Assembly: GCA_963666925.2 (NCBI GenBank)
Contig: CAXXTC010000002.1
Location: 1-64,000 of the forward strand
DNA: 64,000 nucleotides
From: Phycisphaerae bacterium
GTDB lineage: Bacteria; Planctomycetota; Phycisphaerae; UBA1845; Fen-1342
Reading direction: 5' to 3'
Below the pieces are notes generated by a model. That model searched no databases, was not told where the DNA came from, and saw nothing but the letters and a program-made list of their open reading frames with translations. Below are positions 49,168-59,705 of this stretch, piece after piece (within the stretch, counting starts at the first letter, position 1; every line of letters starts with the position of its first letter). Made by a program: the position numbers and the translations under genes.

Positions 49168-49303
49168 GTTCTCCTCAGCACCTCCGTCCATGCGGAGCAT
49201 GCCAGCAGATTCCTGGGAAGACTCGCTCGACGCATCGCATACTTACGCGACGCACCCAATCGAGCGAGTCTCATCAAAATCTGGAGAACACCGGTGGGCC
49301 GCG
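49168..49303 (-). promoter_or_regulatory. Putative SD-sequestering mRNA structure after RGPP codons (copy 1)
   Basis: mRNA GUUCUCC (49289-49283) is complementary to SD GGAGAAC (49174-49168) and encloses a 12-bp stem agactcgctcga/tcgagcgagtct. Confidence 0.6.
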
Positions 49304-49891
49304 GGGCGCGCTGGCCAACGCGAGCAGCACACCAGCCAAAACTCGGTCTGGCCCCCGTGAATAACTGGGAACAACACCGACTGTCGCCACAACTTCATCG
49401 AAGAGGCAGGCCGGCAGTTGCTGCGTATCGTTTCTATCCGGATCAAACGGCGTGGTGTGGCCGATCTGCTGCGGGCCGCCGGTGTGATACCACTCCGCCG
49501 GTGCCGCGAGTTGCCCGCGCCGCAAGGCCTGGCGTACCTGGTACAGGCTCAGTCCTGCCAGAGCTGTCAGCCCCAGCGCCAGACTGCTGGGCGCCGGTGG
49601 CAACTCGCTCAGTTCGCCGCTTGCGTCCGCGCCCCGTTCGGCCGGCAGCCCGCCCGATGTGGGCACGAAGTCCGCCACTTCAGGCCAGACCGTCTCGCCC
49701 TCATCCAGACCCGGGAACCCGTAGCGCAGCATCGGCACAAGGTCCGTTTGTGCCGCGTTCGGCGACTCCGTCGGCCTCAGCGACTCAAGCGGATCACCCC
49801 CAGCCGACCGAGACTCCACCAAGCCGGCGAGAGCGCTCCCGGGAAGCAGTAGAGCGAGAGCAAACAGGGATGTCAGACGGCAATTTCTCAC
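49274..49891 (-). CDS. Putative secreted leader/arrest-peptide protein (C-terminal APRGPP), paralog 1
   Basis: GTG start; signal peptide ALA/G; ELPPAPSSLALGLTALAGL TM; EWYHTGGP.QIGH; APRGPP 5 aa before stop; homologous to 52149-52763. Confidence 0.75.
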   Translation of the reverse strand: MRNCRLTSLFALALLLPGSALAGLVESRSAGGDPLESLRPTESPNAAQTDLVPMLRYGFPGLDEGETVWPEVADFVPTSGGLPAERGADASGELSELPPAPSSLALGLTALAGLSLYQVRQALRRGQLAAPAEWYHTGGPQQIGHTTPFDPDRNDTQQLPACLFDEVVATVGVVPSYSRGPDRVLAGVLLALASAPRGPPVFSRF

Positions 49892-49934
49892 AGAAACCCC
49901 GCAGATTGCTTCTTACCCAAACCTCAACTGTTTG

Positions 49935-49963
49935 ATGCTAGCGCTGTGCCCGCTCCCGGTCAA
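49935..49963 (-). promoter_or_regulatory. Sigma70-like promoter TTGACC-17-TAGCAT
   Basis: Read on the minus strand about 45 nt upstream of the leader ORF. Confidence 0.45.
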
Positions 49964-50335
49964 CATTGTTCCTTTGAGACGTACTCAGGAGCGATCACCA
50001 CGGTCTAATAAGGTCACTGTCACCCCGCAGCCAAGGACTAAATCAACAACCAGGATCTATAGTGGTGCGGTTTGCAGGTCTATAGATTCGATCTTATCAC
50101 CCCTGCCGCAGTGCTGTGCCGGGGCAGAAAATAGGAATGTCCTCATAGTGCGAACAGCTGGTCTGTCGAGGGCGTGCAATTCGGACAACCGGGCACCGGT
50201 TCGCACTTCGGATCCCCCCATAACAACGAACAGGCTCCCGCTCGTCTCCAAGCGGGAGCCTGCTTCTTTTCGAACCGATGACAGCCCCAACGGGCTATCG
50301 GACTTGCAAGACAATCGGCATCGCAGAGACGCCGG

Positions 50336-51115
50336 TTATCCGTGCCGGTGCTTCCACCAGACCAGCATTCCCAGGCCAAAGGCGCCCAGAATGGCGGCGC
50401 CCGGGACGGAAATCTGGACGACGAAATCCTGCCCCAGCGGGCTGGACAGCCCCAACAGTCCGTTGGTTGCCGTCCCACCTTCGTCGGCCACGTCGGCCAA
50501 CCACTGGTTGGCCAACCCGATAACGCTGCTGTTACCGCTCAGCCCGAAGGAACTCTGCGCGTTCGGATAACCCGCGACATCGGGCCAATTCAACTGGCCC
50601 GGATTCGGAGCCTCTACAAGACCACCCGCGCCGGCGGACATTCCGATATCCCAGCCGAAGCGGAATGCGCTCGTATCAAAGGCCGCATCTTCGTAAACGA
50701 TTTCCCAGATCGCTGCCTGAAAAGCCGCAGCCTCGACGGCACCGCCAGCTTGTACATCAGCAATATGCTCGCTCCAAAGTTCGCCGATGAAGCCGGCCTT
50801 GTCCGCGCCGATGCCGCCCTTCCCGGAGCGCCAACCGACCGGGGTCTGCCCCAGCGCCGCAACGCTGTAGGTCTGCTGGCTGGTACTGGCCGGCATCAGT
50901 TCGATGCTGAAACCCCAGCCCGGCACCGCGCCGCCACTCGTTTCGTAGCGGTGGATACCGAGAGCTGTGCTCAACCCACTGGTGTAGCCCGGCCCAAAGG
51001 CCGTCATCTGCAATGACGGACTGACGCCGGTGTGGCGAAGCTGCACGTCCGCCAGGCTCGTGGCAGCACTGCCAAGCAGCACGACTATCGCTAATACAGA
51101 GACGACTTGTTTCAT
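50336..51115 (-). CDS. PEP-CTERM-variant surface protein (thioester-like domain, Cys replaced by Ser)
   Basis: Signal peptide; GFSIEL, AAAFQAAIWEIVYE, GQDFV; tail SVPGAAILGAFGLGMLVWWKHRH. Confidence 0.82.
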   Translation of the reverse strand: MKQVVSVLAIVVLLGSAATSLADVQLRHTGVSPSLQMTAFGPGYTSGLSTALGIHRYETSGGAVPGWGFSIELMPASTSQQTYSVAALGQTPVGWRSGKGGIGADKAGFIGELWSEHIADVQAGGAVEAAAFQAAIWEIVYEDAAFDTSAFRFGWDIGMSAGAGGLVEAPNPGQLNWPDVAGYPNAQSSFGLSGNSSVIGLANQWLADVADEGGTATNGLLGLSSPLGQDFVVQISVPGAAILGAFGLGMLVWWKHRHG

Positions 51116-51328
51116 GACAATCCCTGTCCTTTCCACTTGGTCCACGTAATCAGTAGTCCATTCGACTCCGGACTCTTCGCATTCGGCTGATCACGTTGGC
51201 CGGCCCATGGCCCGCACCGCGTGATCTTCGATTCGCCGGAGCGTCCATTCCGCTAAGCGAATCGCGTCGCCAAAGCGACGGCCATCTCCTCGGTCAGAGT
51301 CAGACCGCCGATGGACGATCGGCCGGGG

Positions 51329-52045
51329 CTAGGACGTGCGGCGGCCGTTCCGCCACACCAGGCCCAACCCGAGCAGGCCCAGCAATACTGCGCCGGGCAC
51401 GGGTACGCTGATAAGCGTAACGAAGTCCTGACCAGCGTTAGGGAACTGGTCTTGCGACTCCAAACCGATCAGGTTCGCGTAGGGGCCGAAGCCCGTCAGT
51501 TCACCTAGCCAGCCGTTGGCCACGTTGGCCACGCCGGAAGACAACCCGAACGCCCAGAACTCACCACTCCGGACGTCGCCGAAGCCCGGCTGATCCTGAT
51601 CATCGAGTTCGTAGATGATCTCCCAGATCGCAAGCTGAAAGGCCTGGCGGTCGCGCGTGTCGTGATCACCATCGAACAGCTCGTTGTAGCTGCGCGCGTA
51701 GAGCTCACGAACCAGGTTGGCGCGATCCGCGCCCATCGGCTGCCAGGGATCGATTTCTGGCGTCGGAACCTGCGAAAGATCGACAATCTCATACGGGCAC
51801 GACTGCGAGACATACTCGCTCAAGTCGATGCAAAACGCCTGGAACTGGTCAAATGCACCACTGCCGTCGGGCAGGTTGCCCGAGGTAATCGTGAACGTGA
51901 ACATACCCGCCCAGGTTCCGCCACTGCCCACGGGCGACTGTACGTAAACCCAATCACGGTCCGTTTGGTTGGCCCAGCCGGTGATATCAGCAAAGGCCAC
52001 GGTTGACGCCAGTCCCAGAACCACAAAAACTGCTAACTTCTTCAT
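51329..52045 (-). CDS. PEP-CTERM-variant (VPVPGA) surface protein with thioester-like domain
   Basis: GAGGAG SD; AFCID, AFQLAIWEIIYE, GQDFV; tail VPVPGAVLLGLLGLGLVWRNGRR. Confidence 0.85.
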   Translation of the reverse strand: MKKLAVFVVLGLASTVAFADITGWANQTDRDWVYVQSPVGSGGTWAGMFTFTITSGNLPDGSGAFDQFQAFCIDLSEYVSQSCPYEIVDLSQVPTPEIDPWQPMGADRANLVRELYARSYNELFDGDHDTRDRQAFQLAIWEIIYELDDQDQPGFGDVRSGEFWAFGLSSGVANVANGWLGELTGFGPYANLIGLESQDQFPNAGQDFVTLISVPVPGAVLLGLLGLGLVWRNGRRTS

Positions 52046-52051
52046 CCCTTT

Positions 52052-52181
52052 TCTCCTCGAACAATAAGCGCGCATATGCGCGACAATTCACCAAAGCTGC
52101 CCAACATGCGCCAATCGCCACGCAACGGCGATCAGTCGTGGGCTCAGACTAGAACGGTGAGGAGATCTGCGGCGGACCGCG
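52052..52181 (-). promoter_or_regulatory. Putative SD-sequestering mRNA structure after RGPP codons (copy 2)
   Basis: mRNA UCUCCUC (52165-52159) is complementary to SD GAGGAGA (52058-52052); internal hairpin gatcgcc/ggcgatt. Confidence 0.6.
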
Positions 52182-52763
52182 CGGGGCCACCGCCAGGGGA
52201 ATGCATTCGAATGGCTTGGGTAGCACCGCTTCATCAACGAAGCGGATCAGATGCGGACGACAAGGTGTCGGGGTCGCGTGGACACACAACGGCAGCGCCG
52301 ACGTGTCGATGTCCAGATCCAGCGGCGTAGCATGCCCCACTTGGGCCGGACCACCGGTGTGATACCACTCGGGCAGATTCGACAGATGCAGCTTGCGAAC
52401 CGACCGGCCGGCCTGGTAGAGCCCCAACCCCGCGAGCGCCGTCAGTCCCAGCGATAAGCTGCTGGGCGCCGGCGGAAGCTCGTGCAATGTACCGGCTGAC
52501 GCTGGTGCGTCAGCCGCCCCCGCATATGCCGGCTGGGTCAAGCCCGGCAGGAAGCCAGGCACAAGCCAGCAATGGTGGTCACCATCTAACGACAATTGCT
52601 GCGCCCATGTGCCGACATCAGCGATCTGGGCGACGGCTACAGTATTGACAGGGGGAACTGCTGTTGGCGCAAGAACATCGCCGTGCCGCAAACCAGCGCA
52701 CGCAACCACAGCGCTCACAGCGCCGTGCAGCAACACCGCAATGATGACTCGTCGGCCCTTCAC
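52149..52763 (-). CDS. Putative secreted leader/arrest-peptide protein (C-terminal APRGPP), paralog 2
   Basis: GTG start; signal-like N-terminus; ELPPAPSSLSLGLTALAGL TM; PEWYHTGGP.QVGH; APRGPP 6 aa before stop. Confidence 0.75.
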   Translation of the reverse strand: MKGRRVIIAVLLHGAVSAVVACAGLRHGDVLAPTAVPPVNTVAVAQIADVGTWAQQLSLDGDHHCWLVPGFLPGLTQPAYAGAADAPASAGTLHELPPAPSSLSLGLTALAGLGLYQAGRSVRKLHLSNLPEWYHTGGPAQVGHATPLDLDIDTSALPLCVHATPTPCRPHLIRFVDEAVLPKPFECIPLAVAPRGPPQISSPF

Positions 52764-52808
52764 CTGTTAGCCCTTTTATGGGTCGCCAACAACTATGGCA
52801 ATATGTGT

Positions 52809-52838
52809 TTTATACTCGCGCAAGCGGCCGAAAGTCAA
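52809..52838 (-). promoter_or_regulatory. Sigma70-like promoter TTGACT-18-TATAAA
   Basis: Read on the minus strand about 45 nt upstream of the leader ORF. Confidence 0.55.
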
Positions 52839-53226
52839 CTCTCAGCTCGCCGGAATTCGATATCCACGAAGATCTTACGAATTTCATTGCGAATCCCGGC
52901 AACCAGCACTCGGTGCGTGGATCAGCCAGAAGAACTCTGACTTGCTGCCCCTCCTTCTACGCCGCAACGTCACTCCCGGGCCACGCTTGCCCCGCCCGGC
53001 GACGCCGCCGCCCCACCGCCTGACCGACGTCTCAGTAGCTTGATACCGCTATCCCGATAAAAAGGTGGTCACTGGCGCCGCAGGGATATCAGGACGTAGT
53101 AAAGCCTCCAAATAACCACACCGTCACGCACAGATTTTGCCCAGCTTACCTATGTATTTGACCATTCAGGTAATGAGCGGCCCCTCTCCGTGAACAAGAC
53201 AGGCAAACTCGTGCTGTAGGTGCCTC

Positions 53227-56200
53227 ATGCGCGCTGCCATCACCTTCACGTTAGTAACACTCGTCCTGGCGACGTCTGCGTCCGTGCTGCTGGTCGGCTG
53301 TGGCGGGGTTGACGCCGGCCCGATCGATTCGGACACCGTGGACGAGATCCTGGCTTATACGGACGGTGATGATCCCGACAACGCCGGTGAACAACGAGAC
53401 GGGGTTTTTCAGACCACGCCGCGTATCGGCGAGACGCCGCTTGAGGTCGCTGTCGCCGTTATCGATCCCGAAGAAAATGCTTTGTATGGCTGGGATTTCG
53501 GGGAGGGCACTGTGGCCGCGGGGGCCAACGCGTCTCACGTCTACACGGAGCCGGGCGTTTACGAGATCATGCTGGCGGCGCAGACGTCCGCGGGCGAGAG
53601 TTTCTATTCGATTGATGAGGTCTACGTCCTCCCCGATTATGACTTTGAGTACACGGAGGGCGATGATCCCCTGGAAATCAAGTTGCGTGTCTCGCCAGAC
53701 CCGTTAGCATTCGACCACGGGATTGAGGGAGAATTCACCTGGTCGTTCGACGACGGGACGGAGACGACCGGTGCAGAGGCACGACACGTGTACAGCCAGC
53801 AAGGACGCTATGCAGTCATTCTGACGTTCGTCACCGCACTGGGTTCGGTCCAGTGTTCGCAGCAATTGGTGACCGTACCGGCCTCCGACCGTTCGCAGGA
53901 GCCCGGCCTGTCCATGCTGCTCGTAACCCCCATGGAAGGGATTGACAGCAGCGGCCCGGTCGGCGGACCGTTTGATCCCGACCATAAGTCCTACACCATA
54001 GAAAACACCGGCACGACGACCGTCGAGTGGTCTGTCAGTCTCAGCGGCGATTGGATTTCGTTCATCTCGCCGACGAGCGGACTGCTGGCCGCGGGCGCGA
54101 GCGCGACCGTTACGGTGGCGCTCGACGAAGACGCTTACGACAAGCCGGTGGGGCAATACGAAGCGACGTTCCTGGTCGAAGATCTCAACGCGGGCGAGAT
54201 CGTGGCCCAGGAAATAATGTCACTGGCGGTCGAGTCGCCCAGTGAGCCGCCGCGAATCGCGGTGCTTTCGGATGAATCAATCTTCCCGGGGCGCGGCTAC
54301 AGCCGCACGCCGACGCTGTTGCAAGGCTCGACCCCGGTTAACTGGGGACTGCTCGACGGCCCCGCCGACATGACTATCGACACGAGTTCCGGCAAGGTCA
54401 GCTGGCCCAATCCGCAGCCGTCCGGCAGCTCGTTTCAGGTAACGATCATCGCGGTCAACAGCGTCGGTAACGACCAGAAGACCTGGACGCTGACGATCGA
54501 CGGGACGGAGCCTGTGATTGTCCCGCTGGATGACGATGCAACCGTTCCGGGAATGCCCTACACGCGGACGCCGCAACTCAGTGAAGGCACCGGCACCATC
54601 TCCTGGACCCTCATTGAGGGCCCCACGGGGATGACGATTGACGATGCCACCGGCGTCGTGACCTGGGCCAATCCGCAACCTGCCGGTTCGCAACACAACA
54701 TCACCATTCGGGCCTCAAACGCGGCCGGCAGCGACGACGAGTCGTGGACGTTGACGGTTGCCGCGATAGCGCCTGTGATCGCGCCGATGGGCGACGATGC
54801 CGTTAACCCGGGGATGCCCTACAGCCGCACGCCGTCGCTCAACGACGGGACCGCACCGATCGAATGGACGCTCGTACAGGGCCCGAGCGGCATGAGCATC
54901 AACAGTTCCACCGGCGAGGTGAGCTGGGCCAATCCGCAGCCGGCTAATTCGAGCCATCCGATCACGATTCGTGCTGCCAACAGCGCCGGCAACGATGATG
55001 AATCGTGGACGCTGACCGTTAGTGCGATCGCGCCGGTAATTGCGCCGATGGGCGACGATGCCGTCGATCCGGGACAGGCCTATAGCCGCACGCCGTCACT
55101 CAACGACGGAACCGCGCCGATCGAATGGACGCTCGTGCAGGGTCCGAGCGGCATGAGCATCAACAGTTCCACCGGCGAGGTAACTTGGGACGATCCGCAG
55201 CCCGCAGATTCACAGCACACCATCACCATTCGCGCGACGAACAGCGCCGGCAGCGACGATGAATCGTGGACGTTGACCGTCGCTGCGGTCGCCCCCGTGA
55301 TCACGCCGCTGAACGACGATGCCGTCGATCCGGGACAGGCGTACAGCAGAACGCCGACGCTGAACGAAGGCTCGGCCCCAGTAACCTGGAGCCTGGTCCA
55401 GGGGCCGGCCGGCATGAGCATCAACTCGTCCACCGGCACGGCAAGTTGGACTAATCCGCAGCCCGAGGATTCACAGCACACCATCACCATTCGCGCGACG
55501 AACAGTGCCGGCAGCGACGATGAATCGTGGACGTTGACCGTCGCTGCGGTCGCCCCCGTGATCACGCCGCTGAACGACGATGCCGTCGATCCAGGAGAGG
55601 CGTACAGCAGAACGCCGACGCTGAGCGAAGGCTCGGCCCCAGTAACCTGGAGCCTGGTCCAGGGCCCGGCCGGCATGAGCATTAACAGCTCTACCGGCCA
55701 GGTGAGTTGGACCAATCCGCAGCCGGCGGATTCGCAGCACACCGTCACCATTCGAGCAACCAACAGCGCCGGCAGTGATGACGAATCGTGGACGCTGACC
55801 GTTGCTGCGGTCGCACCCGTGATCGCGCCGCTGAACGACGATGCCGTCGATCCGGGAGAGGCGTACAGCAGAACGCCGGCGCTAAGCGAAGGCTCGGCCC
55901 CGATAACCTGGACGCTCGTTCAGGGGCCGAGTGGCATGAGCATCAACTCGTCCACCGGCACGGTGAGCTGGACCAATCCGCAGCCGGCGGATTCTCAGCA
56001 CACCGTTACCATTCGAGCGACCAACAGCGCCGGCAGCGATGACGAATCGTGGACGCTAACCGTTGCTGCGATCGCCCCCGTGATCGCGCCGCTGAACGAC
56101 GATGCCGTCGATCCAGGAGAGGCGTACAGTAGAACGCCGACGCTGAGCGAAGGCTCGGCCCCAATAACCTGGAGCCTGGTCCAGGGGCCGGCCGGCATGA

Positions 56201-59200
56201 GCATTAACAGCGTCTACCGGCCACGGTGAGCTGGACCAATCCGCAGCCGGCGGATTCGCAGCACACCATCACCATTCGCGCGACCAACAGCGCCGGCAGC
56301 GATGACGAATCGTGGACGTTGACGGTCAACTGCGCTCGCGCCGGTGATTGCACGCGATGAACGACGACTGCGGTCAATCCGGGACAGGCTTACAGCCGCA
56401 CGCCATCACTCGACGAAGGCACTACGCCGGTACTCTGGACGCTGGTCGAGCACCCGAACGGCATGACGATCAACGGCTCTACCGGCCAGGTAAGCTGGAC
56501 CGATCCGCAGCCCGCGGACTCGCAGCACACCATCACCATTCGCGCGACCAACAGTGCCGGCAGTGATGACGAATCGTGGACGTTGACGGTCAACGCGCTC
56601 GCGCCGGTTATTGCCGCGATGAACGACGACTCGGTCAATCCGGGACAGGCGTACAGCCGCACGCCGGCGCTGAGCGAAGGCTCGGCCCCGATAACCTGGA
56701 CGCTCGTTCAGGGGCCGAGTGGCATGAGCATCAACTCGTCCACCGGCACGGTGAGTTGGACTGATCCGCAGCCCGCGGATTCACAGCACACCATCACCAT
56801 TCGCGCGACCAACAGCGCCGGCAGCGATGACGAATCGTGGACGCTGACCGTTGCTGCGATCGCCCCGGTGATCGTCGCGATGAGCGACGACTCGGTCGAT
56901 CCGGGGCAGGCGTACAGCCGCACCCCGTCACTCGACGAAGGCACTACGCCGGTACTCTGGACGCTGGGCGAGCACCCGGACGGCATGACGATCAACGGCT
57001 CTACCGGCCAGGTAAGCTGGACCAATCCGCAGCCCGCGGACTCGCAGCACACCGTTACCATTCGAGCAACCAACAGTGCCGGCAGCGATGATGAGTCATG
57101 GACGCTGACGGTTAACGCCGAGAGCGCCGACTGTGAAACGGCCACGACGGAGTGGCAAAACTTCGAGATCGAATCGCAGAACGGCCTATTCACGGTGGAA
57201 TACGACGCGGTGCCGCTTGGTGCGGCCATCGACGGCGTTACGGCGCTGTCGTCCGGGGTCGCGTCGGCCCACGCCGACTGTGCGGTGCTGATTCGCTTCA
57301 GCAGCGCCGGCCAGATTGACGCGCGCGATGGCAGCAGCTACCGGTCTGACGCGGCCGTCTCGTACGCGAGCGGAACGACGTATCACTTCCGTGTCGTCGT
57401 CAACGTTCCTGGCCATACCTACAGCGTGTACGTCACGCCGGAGGGATCCGGCGAACAAACGCTGGCCGTCGATTATGCGTTCAGGACGGAACAGGCCGGC
57501 GTGACGACGCTGGATCATTGGGCCCTGATGGAAGAAACGGGAACCGGGTTCGACGTGTGTGACTTCACGCTCGTATCGGCACCGCGACTGCTGTCGGTTT
57601 CGCCCAGCAACACTTTCGAGAGCAGCGGCGACGAGGGCGGTCCGTTCACGCCGGGCGCCAAGGTCTACACGCTAGAGAACCAGGGCGCCGAGTCGCTGAA
57701 CTGGTCGGTATCGGTCGACGCCAACTGGCTAACGCTGTCACCAGCGACGTCGGGCGGCCTGGCCGGCGGAGCAACCACGACGATAACGGCGACGATCAAC
57801 GGAAACGCTGACGCGCTCGAGTCCGGGAGCTACACGGCACAGATCGACTTCGTCAACGAAACGGACGGCGTCGGAGATACGTCACGGGCGGTCGCGCTGG
57901 AGATCTCCGGCCTGACGGCGCCCGTGATTGCAGCCATCGGCAACCACACGACGCAGCCCGGGGAAAGCTACAGCCGAACGGCGACGCTCACGCAGGGAAC
58001 GCTGCCCGTGACCTGGACCTCTGACGACCGGGCCGAGCGGCCCTGGCGATCGACGCCGACACCGGCGTGGTGACGTGGGCTGATCCGCAGACGCCGGAGT
58101 CCGAGCATACGATCACCATCCGCGCTACGAACTCGGCCGGTTACGACGAGGAAAGCTGGCAACTGACCATCGGCGACGGCGAGACGCAGACGGCGGGCTC
58201 GATAACGCACGACGGCATCACCTGGACGTTCGACGGTGACTACCAGGTCGGCCAGTTTGTGACGGGCGACTGGTGGGTGATTCCGCCGACGCCAGACGGC
58301 ACGGTAACGGTCGTGGCGATCACCAAGCCGCACAGCACGAACGGCCGCGACGGCTCGATGTTGAACCCAATGGGCGCAACTGGTCACGGCTACGACGCGC
58401 GGCTGTTGTGGTACGACTCGTCCCTGGATGTGTCGCGCTCGTTGCCGCTGATTATGTCGGCCGATCAATCACTGGTCTCGACGATCAGTTGGGAAGCGGG
58501 CGAGGATGGCTGTCCGTCGGTGGTTGGCGACAAGCCGCGACCGACGGTGCGGCGGGCCTGTGTGCTGACGTGCCTGGGCACGGCACCCGCGGCGGATGCG
58601 TTCCGCCCCGCGTACGCCGGCACTGACAAGCGTGTTTTCCAGGCCAGCGCACTGCGGATGGACCTGTTCCCGAACCTGACCGCGCCGGCGTCGACGCCGA
58701 GCGTGGCCAGCCTGGAAGCATACTTCGAGCGCGTCTGGCTGGATCACGGCGTGAACTACTACTTCAACGAATACATCCACCCCAGCGACAACATGCCCTG
58801 GTACGGTCAGCCGATGGCCGGTCAGGTCGGCGAGGCGGCGGCGGCACTGCTGCTGAACATCGACTCGGAATCCAAGCGCCAACTCCTGCTCAAGCTGTGC
58901 CAGTTGGGCATCGACAACTACGGGGCAGCAGCGGCCGGCGCCTGCTGGCCGGCAAACGGCGGCCACGGCAGCGGACGCAAGTTCCCGATTCTGCTAGCCG
59001 GTCTGGTGCTGAACGATGCCGACATGCTCAACGTCTCGGCCAATTCGCACAGCATGTCCTCATGGCGCTTCGGCGAGGACGAGCAGACGTTCTACGTGAC
59101 GAGCGGAAGGCACGCCCGACGGCGGAATCGACGGCCTCAGCACGACCGCACGCGGGTACTCCTACCAAGCCGGCGGCACCGCGCGGAGCGGAACCGCCAG

Positions 59201-59705
59201 CACCATCCAACTAGCATCGAACCACTCCTGCGCCGACTCGTACTCGGTGCTCGACCACACGATCATGATCACCGGCGGCACCGGTGCTGGCCAGTCCCGC
59301 GTCATTAACGACCGCTCGCACTGGTTTGACGCGTCGCCCAACGACAAGGTCGTCGGCATCACGCCCGACTGGGACGTCGTGCCTGACTCGACCTCCCAGT
59401 ACATGATCGTCAGCGGCCCGCTGGACTTCCTGTCGCCCGGCGACCCGGAATACGGCATCCGCCACTACGCCGAGCCGGTGAACGACAACCACGCATTTAC
59501 CCAGTCGGTCTACCGGCAATGCTGCACGGCCAACGCCTGGCCGGGCTACATCCTGGCGGCCCGCGCCTTGGGACTCCAGGACGAGTGGGACCACGACGCG
59601 TTGTTCGACTACACCGCCCGCTACATGAACACCATGACCGGCACGTTCCGCTGCTGGTCGGAGTTCACGGAAGATATGTGGGATACGTACGAGGCGAACT
59701 ACTAA
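53227..59705 (+). CDS. Giant surface lipoprotein (2 PKD, BACON-like, about 12 putative-Ig/He_PIG repeats, lectin-like and unknown C-terminal domains), split into ORFs 53227-56229, 56463-58073, 58067-59308, 59247-59705 by indels
   Basis: Lipobox LVGC; WDFG/WSFDDG PKD motifs; GP.GMSINSSTG.VSW repeats continue across the frame breaks. Confidence 0.8.
54247..57118 (+). repeat. Coding tandem repeat, 261-bp (87-aa) unit x11; a further copy at about 57918-58172
   Basis: APVI..DDAVDPG..YSRTP units at 54769, 55030, 55291, 55552, 55813, 56074, etc. Confidence 0.9.

Noticed and set aside
49932..50330. ORFs in the lower-GC spacer between PEP-CTERM units
   Set aside because: No SD, atypical composition and overlap with real genes; treated as regulatory/intergenic.
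56205..56375. Programmed frameshifting or phase variation
   Set aside because: Five scattered single-base insertions with no slippery run or homopolymer; better explained by sequencing error.
54247..57118. Near-identical long repeats as a diversity-generating retroelement or CRISPR
   Set aside because: They are contiguous in-frame domain repeats with mostly synonymous differences; no reverse transcriptase and no spacers.
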